This document shows positions 1 through 7,258 of a stretch of 10,750 bases of DNA, piece after piece. The notes under the pieces were generated by a model. It was not told where the DNA came from and searched no databases. It was given only the letters and a program-made list of their open reading frames with translations. The translations under genes and the position numbers were made by a program. The stretch comes from Synergistales bacterium (lineage in GTDB: Bacteria; Synergistota; Synergistia; Synergistales; Aminiphilaceae): assembly GCA_021736445.1 (NCBI GenBank), contig JAIPGA010000083.1, positions 1 to 10,750 of the forward strand, in the 5' to 3' direction. Positions within the stretch are counted from its first letter, which is position 1. Every line of letters begins with the position of its first letter.

Positions 1-1133
1 TCCGGGACGAACCCCTCGTCGGCCTCCAGGGGCAGATGGACGGCCACCATCTCCCGCACCATCTCGGCGATGGCCGGCGAGGCGGTGAGCCCCGGGCTCT
101 CGATGCCGATGAGGTTGATCAGCCCCGGACAATCCGGAGACTCCTCGATGACGAAGTCCCTGTTGCCGCCTACCTCCGGCGGGGTCTGCTTGGGACGGAC
201 CCCGGCGAAACTCCGGATGAAGTCCCGCATGGAGAGCCCCGGCAGCAGCTCGCGGCCGTGCTCCCGCAGCGAGGCCATCACCTGCCGGGTGGTGGCGCAG
301 TCCTCGCGCTCCCCGACATACTCCGAGCTGGGGCCGATGAGGATGTTGCCCTCCACCGTGGGCGTCAGGTGGATGCCCAGGCCCGGGCTGTCCACCCGGG
401 GGGCGGGGTAGATCAGCGTGGCCACGCTGCCCGCGAGCCGCCGGTCCAGCACGTAGTACTCCCCCCGGCAGGGATAGTGCCGGTAGCCGTCGATGCCGGC
501 CATGGCGGCCACCCGGTCGGCGCCGAGGCCCGCCGCGTTGATGACCACCGGGGCGGAGACGTCACCCGAGGTAGTCTGCAGCGTGAAGCCCCCGGGGCCC
601 CGGTGGATCCCGGTCACCTCGCTCTCCAGGCGGAAGGCCGCGCCGCCCCGCAGGGCGTTCTCGGCCAGGGCGATGGTCAGACTGTAGGGGCAGACGATCC
701 CGCTGGAGGGGGAGTGGAGCGCCGCCACCCCTTCCACGCCGGGCTGGATCCGCCGCATGGCCCCGGGGCCGATCAGCTCCAGCCCCGGCACGCCGTTGGC
801 CTCGCCCTGCTCCCTGATCCGGTGGAGTTCCGGTATCTCCGCTGTACAGCCTGCGACGGTGAGCTTGCCGATCCGCTGCATGGGCACCCGCAGCTCCCGG
901 CAGAGCGGCGCCATCAGCTCGTTGCCCCGCACGTCGAGACGGGCCCGCAGCGTCCCGGGGCGGTAGTTGATGCCCGAATGCACCACGCCGCTGTTCCGGC
1001 AGCTGGTGCCCCAGCCTACGTCGGCCTCCTTCTCCACCACGCAGACCGAGAGCCTGTAACGGGCGAGCTCCCTGGCGACGGCGCAGCCCACCACACCTGC
1101 GCCGACAATGGCCACATCGGCCTCTGACGTCAC
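1..1133 (-). CDS. FAD-dependent oxidoreductase, LhgO/GlpA-like (COG0579 type); partial, C-terminus beyond the left window edge
   Basis: Hand translation of the minus strand from GTG at 1133 (alternative GTG at 1115) gives VTSEADVAIVGAGVVGCAVARELARYRLSVCVVEKEADVGWGTSCRNSGVVHSGINY..., a Rossmann GxGxxG FAD-binding N-terminus, followed by ...IESPGLTASPAIAEMV..., typical of L-2-hydroxyglutarate oxidase / glycerol-3-P dehydrogenase-like enzymes. The frame stays open to position 1. The ORF track misses it because it runs off the window. RBS AGGAGGG at 1146-1152 (minus). Confidence 0.8.
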   Translation of the reverse strand, partial: MTSEADVAIVGAGVVGCAVARELARYRLSVCVVEKEADVGWGTSCRNSGVVHSGINYRPGTLRARLDVRGNELMAPLCRELRVPMQRIGKLTVAGCTAEIPELHRIREQGEANGVPGLELIGPGAMRRIQPGVEGVAALHSPSSGIVCPYSLTIALAENALRGGAAFRLESEVTGIHRGPGGFTLQTTSGDVSAPVVINAAGLGADRVAAMAGIDGYRHYPCRGEYYVLDRRLAGSVATLIYPAPRVDSPGLGIHLTPTVEGNILIGPSSEYVGEREDCATTRQVMASLREHGRELLPGLSMRDFIRSFAGVRPKQTPPEVGGNRDFVIEESPDCPGLINLIGIESPGLTASPAIAEMVREMVAVHLPLEADEGFVP

Positions 1134-1158
1134 GATCCCGACCACTCCCTCCTGCTAC

Positions 1159-1187
1159 AGAAAAACGGCCCTCGTGCTGCAGGGCCG
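1159..1187 (-). terminator. Rho-independent terminator downstream of the encapsulin gene
   Basis: Minus-strand reading CGGCCCT-gcagcacg-AGGGCCG gives a perfect 7-bp GC stem (1166-1172 / 1181-1187) with an 8-nt loop, followed immediately by TTTTTCT (reverse complement of 1159-1165). It lies 57 nt past the encapsulin stop. Confidence 0.65.
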
Positions 1188-1243
1188 CTTGAACATCGCT
1201 CTTGTGTTGTCCGCAGCGTCTGGGCTGCAGATCCCCCGTGGCG

Positions 1244-2050
1244 TTACGAGACGTTGAAGGGGATCACGGCCTCCGGTGTGATCACGCGGAAGGTGAAGGA
1301 TTCCGTGAGGAACAGCTGGACATCCTTCTCCGTGGCCGCCACGTAGCCCACCGAGAGGTCCTGCCCGATGGTGAGCTCCAGATCGTCGCCGCGGGTGGAG
1401 ACCAGGTAGCTCTCGTTGAAATGGGGCAGATAGATGATGTCCCCGCCGTCGGTGATGCTGTCGATGCGCTTGGTCATGGGATAGCCGGTCTCCACGGAGT
1501 AGATGGTGTTCCAGAGATCCTTGCCGGCCACCAGGGCGTAGGGCCCCTCCACGCCGTCGTCGCGCATGGTGTTCACCGCTTCGGCGAGCGCGCGGAGGAT
1601 GCCTGAATTCCTGGCCGTATCCATGTCGATGGAGCGGCTGCTGCCCACCTGCTTCATGCCCACGATACAGCCCTCGTCCAGGCCGTGGTAGACGGCCTCC
1701 TCCTCGAAGCGGGCCATGCTGCGGGCGGCCTCGTCGAGGTTGCCGAAATCGATGTCTTTGGCGCCGCGCACGGCGTTGTCCAGCTCCCAGCGGTCCAGCG
1801 TGAAGGTGCACCGTGTCTCCACCAGGGGCATGATCTCGTGGACGCCGAAGCCCACGTCGTCCTTCTTCCGGTCTTCGTCCACGCGGATCCGGCCGATGGG
1901 ACGGGCCGCGTACTCCCAGCCGTGGGGGCCGGAGACATCTACAAAGCGCCGCGCCGAAAGGTGGCCCTTCAGCACGCTCCGCGCCTGGTCGTCGATCTCC
2001 TCCCACGCCTCGTCGGGAATGGGGGAGAGTGCTCGCTTGAGAATATCCAT
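1244..2050 (-). CDS. Family 1 encapsulin nanocompartment shell protein (HK97-fold, linocin M18-like)
   Basis: The 268-aa product MDILKRALSPIPDEAWEEIDDQARSVLKGHLSARRFVDVSGPHGWEYAA...TFTLDRWELDN...GPYALV...LTIGQDLSVGYVAATEKDVQLFLTESFTFRVITPEA aligns along its whole length with the Thermotoga maritima-type encapsulin ([27 protein letters not shown]...GPYGWEYAA...TFTLDLWELDN...ILGQDLSIGY...LFITETFTFQV). Strong RBS GGAAAGGAG 8 nt upstream of the ATG (reverse complement of 2059-2067). Confidence 0.95.
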   Translation of the reverse strand: MDILKRALSPIPDEAWEEIDDQARSVLKGHLSARRFVDVSGPHGWEYAARPIGRIRVDEDRKKDDVGFGVHEIMPLVETRCTFTLDRWELDNAVRGAKDIDFGNLDEAARSMARFEEEAVYHGLDEGCIVGMKQVGSSRSIDMDTARNSGILRALAEAVNTMRDDGVEGPYALVAGKDLWNTIYSVETGYPMTKRIDSITDGGDIIYLPHFNESYLVSTRGDDLELTIGQDLSVGYVAATEKDVQLFLTESFTFRVITPEAVIPFNVS

Positions 2051-2140
2051 GCTATACGCTCCTTTCCGTGTTCAGCTTCGTCGTTCCTCCGCCCGGCCAG
2101 AGGGAAGATCCCCGGGGCCGGGGGGCGTCCGCAGGGTCGT

Positions 2141-2494
2141 CTACTTCAGACTCCCCAGGCCGAGTCCCGAGCCGTCGGTCCCCGGGGAACCGCCCTCGCC
2201 GTTTCCGCCGCCTGCCTCCTCGACCTCGGTGATCGGTGCCTCGGTGAAGAGGTAGGTCCGGAGATTCTCCTCCCAGGCGGGTACGTTCCTGCGCAGCCAT
2301 TCCAGCACCATGCAGGCGTGTTCGATCTCCTCGTCGCGGTTGTGGGCGAGGATATCGCCGATGGTGTCGTCGCCGGTGGTGGCCACCCGCTGGTGGTACC
2401 AGTCCACGGCCTCCACTTCCTCCTTGAGGCTGTTCAACGCACGATGGATATCCCTGTCTTTCGCCTGGAGTTCCTCTGTCGGTTCATGATACAT
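2141..2494 (-). CDS. Encapsulated ferritin-like protein (EncFtn/Flp) cargo with C-terminal encapsulin targeting peptide
   Basis: The 117-aa product MYHEPTEELQAKDRDIHRALNSLKEEVEAVDWYHQRV...ILAHNRDEEIEHACMVLEWLRRN...LRTYLFTEAPI carries the EncFtn hallmark motifs (HEP..., EAVDWYxQR, HNRDEExEHAxMxLEWLRR, YLFT). It ends in a Gly-rich linker plus GSGLGLGSLK, matching the family-1 cargo-loading peptide consensus (GSLxIGSLK-like). It sits immediately upstream of the shell gene. Confidence 0.9.
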   Translation of the reverse strand: MYHEPTEELQAKDRDIHRALNSLKEEVEAVDWYHQRVATTGDDTIGDILAHNRDEEIEHACMVLEWLRRNVPAWEENLRTYLFTEAPITEVEEAGGGNGEGGSPGTDGSGLGLGSLK

Positions 2495-2514
2495 GGGAGC
2501 ATGTCAACCCCTTT

Positions 2515-2545
2515 CGCAAGAATTACAGTTCCAATTATACACCTT
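2515..2545 (-). promoter_or_regulatory. Candidate promoter of the EncFtn-encapsulin operon in an AT-rich island (perfect -10 TATAAT)
   Basis: The minus strand reads ggtgTATAATtgg, with TATAAT being the reverse complement of 2534-2539, about 40 nt upstream of the EncFtn ATG. It is embedded in a roughly 30-bp AT-rich patch that is conspicuous in GC-rich DNA. The patch contains the direct repeats AATTACA (2521-2527) and AATTATA (2533-2539), 12 bp apart. No good -35 hexamer is present (GC hairpin instead). Confidence 0.45.
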
Positions 2546-2551
2546 TCGGCC

Positions 2552-2577
2552 GGGGCGCCGCCAACAGGCTGCGCCCC
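2552..2577. other. GC-rich stem-loop between the sulfotransferase stop and the EncFtn promoter; possible U-tract-less terminator or operator
   Basis: GGGGCGC (2552-2558) and GCGCCCC (2571-2577) form a perfect 7-bp inverted repeat with a 12-nt loop. It lies 84 nt past the sulfotransferase stop (minus strand) and directly upstream of the TATAAT. No T-tract follows on either strand. Confidence 0.35.
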
Positions 2578-2660
2578 TCCTCTGTGGATGCTATCATACT
2601 TTGGCGGGGATCGGTAAGGTCTCTGCCCTATCGGGACGTCATCCCCGGCATGCCCAGACC

Positions 2661-3644
2661 TCACTGCAGACCAAACCGGCGGAGTCCTTCACGGACCCTG
2701 TCCAGCTCCTCTCCGGTGAGTTCCGCCGACGCCCGGCGCACCGCGAAGGGCTCCGGAGGCTCCTGACGCCGCCGAAGACCGGGCCAGGCATCCTCCAGCT
2801 TCTCCGCCACAGCGGAAAGCACTCCAGCCGGGTCGCGGCAGAGTTCTTCGTAGCGCAGCTCCAGCTTCCGCTCCGCCGGCAGACGGGCAAGCTCGTTGTG
2901 CAGATAGCGGTCGATATAGAAAAGCTGTCCCGCCACCTGGATGCCATAGTGCTCCCGGCAGAGCCGGTCGGCCTCCCTGGGCCGCAGCGAGGCCCACTCC
3001 TCCACGCTTCCCTTGATGCCCCTGCGGAGCTTGACCAGCGACGCGGCATTCTCGAGAGGATCCCTGGTGATCCGGACGAAGATGCTCCGCGGGAAGAGAT
3101 CGGCCATCTCCCGGGTGAACCAGAGGGCGTGGAAGGATTTGAAGACCAGCGGCTTCCCGAAGGCTGCGGCCATGGCGGTGATCCTGCGGACCAGCAGCTC
3201 CCAGTCGATCCCGCTGCGGTCCACAGGCTCCCCCAGATCGCGGTTGCCCAGCAGCTCCGACCAGAAGTATCCGAACTCGTGGGGCTCCTCGATGCCTCCG
3301 GTGCGGCCGTAGCAGGAACGGAAATCCGTCCGGGGCCGGTCGGAGAGGAGCTTTCTGGACAGCGAGACGCCCACTGTCGGCACCTTCCAGAAGGCGGCGA
3401 TCAGATTGTTGATGTAGCCCACATCGAGACAGGAGGAGACCAGCTGCGACAGAAGCGTCGTCCCCGACCGGGGCGCACCGACAAGGAAGACAGGCACTGG
3501 TTCCTCTCCACAGCCGTCAAGGGTCTTCTCCAGCGTCGCTTCCAGCTCTTCCAGACTGATGTTGAGATTCTCCAGAAGGTTCTCTTCGAAGGCGTCCTTC
3601 TCCTTCCAGATCAGCGGCTCCTCCTGCGTCGGATCTGTCCCCAT
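2661..3644 (-). CDS. Sulfotransferase family protein (PAPS-dependent, Sulfotransfer_3-like)
   Basis: The 327-aa product contains VFLVGAPRSGTTLLSQLV, a 5'-phosphosulfate-binding P-loop (PRSGTT) of sulfotransferases. Further on, ...RITRDPLENAASLV... is a 3'-phosphate-binding RDP motif. Its ATG at 3644 lies 2 nt after the stop of the upstream gene (cTAGccATG), i.e. translationally coupled. RBS GGAGG 9 nt upstream. Confidence 0.8.
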   Translation of the reverse strand: MGTDPTQEEPLIWKEKDAFEENLLENLNISLEELEATLEKTLDGCGEEPVPVFLVGAPRSGTTLLSQLVSSCLDVGYINNLIAAFWKVPTVGVSLSRKLLSDRPRTDFRSCYGRTGGIEEPHEFGYFWSELLGNRDLGEPVDRSGIDWELLVRRITAMAAAFGKPLVFKSFHALWFTREMADLFPRSIFVRITRDPLENAASLVKLRRGIKGSVEEWASLRPREADRLCREHYGIQVAGQLFYIDRYLHNELARLPAERKLELRYEELCRDPAGVLSAVAEKLEDAWPGLRRRQEPPEPFAVRRASAELTGEELDRVREGLRRFGLQ

Positions 3645-3646
3645 GG

Positions 3647-4303
3647 CTAGGTTCCTCCCCCTTCCGTGTCCTCCCGGTCCTGGAAGGCTCTCCGGAGCGC
3701 GGCGAAGTCAGGCCGCTCGCCGGAGAAGGTCTGCTCGTCCATACCCTCTCGCTGAATCACCTTGCCCAGGGTCTTCCAGAGGATCTCCAGGTCCAGCGAA
3801 AAGCTCCAGCTGTCCACATACTCCAGATCCTTCCGGAACCGTTCCTCCCAGGAGAGGAGATAGCGTCCCTCGATCTGGGCGAGGCCGGTGATCCCCGGAG
3901 GCAGTCTGTGCCGTTCCATCAGGCGCGGCGGATAGTGGGGCAGATAGACCATCAGCAGCGGCCGGGGACCGACGATACTCATCTCCCCTTTGAGGACGTT
4001 GAACAGCTGCGGCAGCTCGTCGAGACTGCTCTTTCTGAGAAAACGGCCCAGAGGAGTCAGTCTTTCTGCATTAGGCAGCAGATTTCCATCCTGGTCACGT
4101 TCATTTGTCATGGTCCGGAATTTGAGAAGATAGAAAGGAACGCCGCCCCGGCCGGGACGCTGCTGTCGGAAGAGCACGGGCCGTCCCATGGAAACCAGAA
4201 CCAGAAGCGCCACCGCCGCGATGACAGGGGAGAGCAGCAGTGTCGCCGTTCCGGCAATCGTAAGATCGAAGAGACGTTTCCGCAGTGGGTAGGAGGTCTT
4301 CAT
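3647..4303 (-). CDS. PglC-like small monotopic phosphoglycosyltransferase (bacterial sugar transferase family; Und-P:UDP-diamino-sugar-1-P transferase)
   Basis: From the internal ATG at 4303 (RBS GAGGGG 8 nt upstream; the track ORF 3647-4522 is over-extended at its 5' end) the product [66 protein letters not shown]...[31 protein letters not shown]...[13 protein letters not shown]...[20 protein letters not shown] aligns essentially residue-for-residue with Campylobacter PglC (RIFDF...LLSPVIL...IFKFKTM...[24 protein letters not shown]...RPGITGWAQVNGR). It has an extra roughly 30-aa acidic C-terminal tail. Confidence 0.85.
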   Translation of the reverse strand: MKTSYPLRKRLFDLTIAGTATLLLSPVIAAVALLVLVSMGRPVLFRQQRPGRGGVPFYLLKFRTMTNERDQDGNLLPNAERLTPLGRFLRKSSLDELPQLFNVLKGEMSIVGPRPLLMVYLPHYPPRLMERHRLPPGITGLAQIEGRYLLSWEERFRKDLEYVDSWSFSLDLEILWKTLGKVIQREGMDEQTFSGERPDFAALRRAFQDREDTEGGGT

Positions 4304-4319
4304 CAATTGTCGCCCCTCA

Positions 4320-5390
4320 TCAGGCTCTGTAGGCCGGGAAGAACCCCTCGCGACGGGGCTCGGCCAGCCCCCGGGACCGTTTCCAGGCGCAGCGCTGTTC
4401 CAGCAGGTCGTCGTACCGCCTGGGATCGACGATCCACTTCCAGATCTTGAAATCGTGCCGCTCCCCGGAAAAACCGGCCTTGAAGAAAAACAGGGAGTCT
4501 TCCCTGTTCCCGACACCTCCACCGAGATGGAAGCGGGACGCCCCCTTCCCGCAGGACCAGCGGCGGACGGTGTCGAAGACCAGTTTCATCGGCGCGGCCG
4601 AGAGGAAGGCCCCCCTGGTCGCGCCGAGGTGATACTGCACCACATCCCCGCAGAGGGTGAATATCCCCGCCGCGGCGAGCTCATCCCGGTAGGTGCAGAC
4701 AAAGAGCTTCGCCGTGAAGTCGCGGATCCGGAGGAAGTCCTCGAAATACCCCCGGGGAAAGAAATAGGATTCCCCGGCCTGGACACGCTCCATATTCTCG
4801 TAATAGGCCTCCACAAAAGCCGCGAGCCAGTCGCCCCTGGTATCGCAGAGACAGCAAAACCCATCCCGCTTCAGCTTGTTGATCCCCCGCTTGTGGTTCT
4901 TCCGGTGCTGCCTCCACTGTTCGTCCAGCGACATCGAGAGATCCACGGACACCGTCTCCGAAAGAGGCACAACTTCCCCCCGGGAGAGCAGCTCATCCTG
5001 TCGGGGAAGCAGGGGGTGCAGCCGCGAGAAGACCGACAGGATCCCCCGGCTGTCGCAGTAGGATGCCAGTTCGTCCATGAAGGGAGCCAGGAGAGGACGG
5101 GCGTTCTCGCCCGAAACGAGAGGCCCGGGATAGCCGTAGACCGATGTGGCGTCCCGCAGCCCTTCGCCGCGGAGTCCTTCCACCGTACCGTCGAGGGAGC
5201 GGATCAGCAGCGGCAGCGCCACGAAGGCCTCGCCCCCGGAGAGAACAAAGAGCAGCGGCTCGCCCTCTCCGTTCTGTCGGGCGAGCTCGTGGTATGAGGC
5301 CAGATGATAGAAATCGTACCGCCCGGCACGTCGGATTGTCTGGTTCCACCTTGCAGGCTCCTGTAGCGACAAGAGATGTAGTTTGGTCAC
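4320..5390 (-). CDS. FemAB-family (BioF2-like / Acetyltransf_6, GNAT-fold) acyl- or aminoacyl-transferase
   Basis: The product carries SVYGYPGPLVSGEN (compare FemA FYSNRGPVIDYEN) and VVQYHLGATRGAFLSAAPMKLVFDTVRRW (compare FemA VVYYAGGTSNAFRHFAGSYAVQWEMINYA). The start is more likely GTG at 5390 (GGAG 7 nt upstream) than the track's TTG at 5423, which lacks an RBS. Its stop overlaps the RBS of the PglC-like gene. Confidence 0.65.
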   Translation of the reverse strand: MTKLHLLSLQEPARWNQTIRRAGRYDFYHLASYHELARQNGEGEPLLFVLSGGEAFVALPLLIRSLDGTVEGLRGEGLRDATSVYGYPGPLVSGENARPLLAPFMDELASYCDSRGILSVFSRLHPLLPRQDELLSRGEVVPLSETVSVDLSMSLDEQWRQHRKNHKRGINKLKRDGFCCLCDTRGDWLAAFVEAYYENMERVQAGESYFFPRGYFEDFLRIRDFTAKLFVCTYRDELAAAGIFTLCGDVVQYHLGATRGAFLSAAPMKLVFDTVRRWSCGKGASRFHLGGGVGNREDSLFFFKAGFSGERHDFKIWKWIVDPRRYDDLLEQRCAWKRSRGLAEPRREGFFPAYRA

Positions 5391-5431
5391 ATGATCACTC
5401 CAAGCTGACGTTGCGGTATGCAACCCACATA

Positions 5432-7258
5432 TCAGACCATTACCCTTTGCAGTGTTTCCATCAACCCTGCATCGTCTTCTTCGTTGAGCAGATCCGCGAT
5501 CGCAGCCCCCACAGATTCGACGGCAACCCCCTCATTCCTGGACAGGAAGATCTTCTCGTGGGCCGTGCGGTCCACGCAGTCCGGGTCGTAGAAGAGCTCC
5601 TCGAAGAGCTTCTCGCCGGGGCGCTTGCCGGTGAAGGCGATCTGGATGTCTTTGCCCGGGGTGTAGCCGTGGAGGCGGATGAGCATCTCCGCCAGCTCGA
5701 CGATCCGCACCGGTTCGCCCATGTCGAGGACGAAGAGCTCGCCGCCCCTGCCCAGCGCCGCCGACTGGAGCACCAGGCTCACCGCCTCGGGGATGAGCAT
5801 GAAGTAGCGCCGCATCTCCGGGTGGGTCACCGTCACCGGGCCGCCCGAAGCGATCTGCTCCTCGAACTTGGGGACCACGCTCCCCCGGCTGCCCAGGACG
5901 TTGCCGAAGCGCACCGCCGCATAGGCCGTTTCGGGGAACACCCGCTGCTGTTCCTGCAGCACCAGCTCGGCCAGCCGCTTGGTGGCGCCCATGACGTTGG
6001 CGGGGTTCACCGCTTTGTCGGTGGAGATCATCACCATCCGGCTGCAGCCCTGTTCGCCGGCGAGACGGGCCACCGTAGCGGTCCCGTGGGCGTTCACGCG
6101 GAGCGCCTCCCTGGCGTTGCTCTCCATGAGGGGCACATGCTTGTGCGCCGCGGCGTGGAAGACGATATCCGGCGTGTATTTCGCAAAGACCCGCTCCATG
6201 GAGGGCGCGTCGGCCACGTCGGCCACCACGGGGATGACGGGGTGCTCCGTGCAGCCTTCCAGCAGCCTGTAGAGGGAGTGTTCCCCGTGGCCCAGGGCCA
6301 CCACGTCGCTGGGGGCGTACTCCAGCACCTGTCGGCAGATCTCGCTGCCGATGGACCCCCCCGCGCCGGTCACCAGCACCCGCCGGCCCCGGAGCAGCGC
6401 CCCGATGCCGCCCATGTCGAGCTCCACCGGCTCCCTGCCCAGGAGGTCTTCCAGCCTCACATTGCGGAGCCGGTTCATGGAAACGCCGCGGCCTGCCAGT
6501 TCGTGGAGCGAAGGCAGCACCCGCACCTCCACACCCTCCTCGGCGAGCCGGTCCAGCAGCCCCCGCAGCAGACGCCCGGCGGCGCTGGGGATCGCCACCA
6601 GGACAACCTCCACGCCGTTCCGGTCGATGAGGCCGGGAAGCTCCGCAACCATTCCCAGGACAGTCAGTCCGGCGATCTGCATCCCCCGCTTGGCCGGATC
6701 GTCGTCAACAAAACCCGCCAGCTCCAGGTCGCCGTCGTTGCGCTGCACGTCCCGGGCCAGAAGCGTCCCCGCCTCGCCGGCGCCCACCACTAGAGCACGG
6801 CGGCGTTTGGCTCCGGAGGGGGCGACAGGGGCCATCCGGCAGAGCCGCCAGGAGACCCGCAGCGCCGCCAGCAGCATGAGCCCCGAGATAGCCATGATCG
6901 CCAGGGAGGTGCGGGGAACGATGAGCCACTCGGGGAGGGCCGTCACCACCCAGAAGAGCAGAAGGCCGGGCAGGTACCACCGGGCGAGCCGGAGGTACTC
7001 CTCCACGCTGGCCTGTGGCCAGAGCACCCGGTAGAGCCCGCCGATCCAGAGGGAGGCGGCGATGGAAAGGGAAAACAGCAGCGCCGCCAGGGCGCAGTCC
7101 GCCAGATAGCGGGGCTCCAGAAAGAGGGTCAGCCGCAGGGCGTAGCCGATATAGGCGGCGAAGGCCAGCAACAGAAGATCCAGCGCGACCAGGCGTCTCC
7201 GGTTCCCCGCCCAGGCAAGCCACTGCCCCGCCAGCCAGAGCTTAGCCCGCCGCACCAT
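5432..7258 (-). CDS. PglF/CapD/WbpM-like membrane-bound UDP-GlcNAc 4,6-dehydratase (polysaccharide biosynthesis protein, SDR-extended)
   Basis: The 608-aa product has an N-terminal region of about 140 aa with 4 predicted TM helices (LLLLAFAAYIGYALRL..., LLLFWVVTALPEWLIV...). A Rossmann-like GxxGxxG segment (ALVVGAGEAGTLL) follows. The catalytic domain starts at VLVTGAGGSIGSEICRQVL, with ...MISTDKAVNPANVMGATKRLAE... and RFGNVLGSRGSV; TGAGGSIG, STDKAV and GATK are canonical for the family. Its ATG at 7258 overlaps the upstream gene's end by 17 nt. Confidence 0.9.
   Translation of the reverse strand: MVRRAKLWLAGQWLAWAGNRRRLVALDLLLLAFAAYIGYALRLTLFLEPRYLADCALAALLFSLSIAASLWIGGLYRVLWPQASVEEYLRLARWYLPGLLLFWVVTALPEWLIVPRTSLAIMAISGLMLLAALRVSWRLCRMAPVAPSGAKRRRALVVGAGEAGTLLARDVQRNDGDLELAGFVDDDPAKRGMQIAGLTVLGMVAELPGLIDRNGVEVVLVAIPSAAGRLLRGLLDRLAEEGVEVRVLPSLHELAGRGVSMNRLRNVRLEDLLGREPVELDMGGIGALLRGRRVLVTGAGGSIGSEICRQVLEYAPSDVVALGHGEHSLYRLLEGCTEHPVIPVVADVADAPSMERVFAKYTPDIVFHAAAHKHVPLMESNAREALRVNAHGTATVARLAGEQGCSRMVMISTDKAVNPANVMGATKRLAELVLQEQQRVFPETAYAAVRFGNVLGSRGSVVPKFEEQIASGGPVTVTHPEMRRYFMLIPEAVSLVLQSAALGRGGELFVLDMGEPVRIVELAEMLIRLHGYTPGKDIQIAFTGKRPGEKLFEELFYDPDCVDRTAHEKIFLSRNEGVAVESVGAAIADLLNEEDDAGLMETLQRVMV

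Noticed and set aside
36-1127. 363-aa plus-strand ORF covering the left end
   Set aside because: The translation is Arg/Gly/Pro/His-rich low-complexity sequence with no recognisable domain. The opposite strand encodes a clean FAD-oxidoreductase with a Rossmann motif in the same interval. This is a typical antisense ORF of GC-rich DNA.
2502-2507. Perfect TTGACA hexamer on the minus strand just upstream of the EncFtn ATG
   Set aside because: It lies downstream of the TATAAT in the direction of transcription, inside the 5'-UTR and RBS region, so it cannot be the -35 of that promoter. It is probably fortuitous.
1685-2617. 310-aa plus-strand ORF spanning the encapsulin / EncFtn region, plus other plus-strand ORFs at 1202-1606 and 1716-2255 and the minus-strand ORF 1155-2006
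   Set aside because: They overlap, in antisense or an alternate frame, two genes with unambiguous full-length homology to the encapsulin shell and EncFtn. Their translations are low-complexity.
2493-3650. 385-aa plus-strand ORF
   Set aside because: It is antisense to the sulfotransferase, which has intact PSB/PB motifs, and has no motif content of its own.
5391-5423. TTG start at 5423 used by the ORF track for the FemAB-like gene
   Set aside because: No Shine-Dalgarno sequence precedes it. The in-frame GTG at 5390 has GGAG at optimal spacing, so the shorter model is preferred. The longer form cannot be excluded.
5144-6793. 549-aa plus-strand ORF
   Set aside because: It is antisense to the PglF/CapD-like dehydratase, which has Rossmann, STDKAV and GATK motifs in the minus frame. 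The translation is His/Arg/Gly/Pro-rich.
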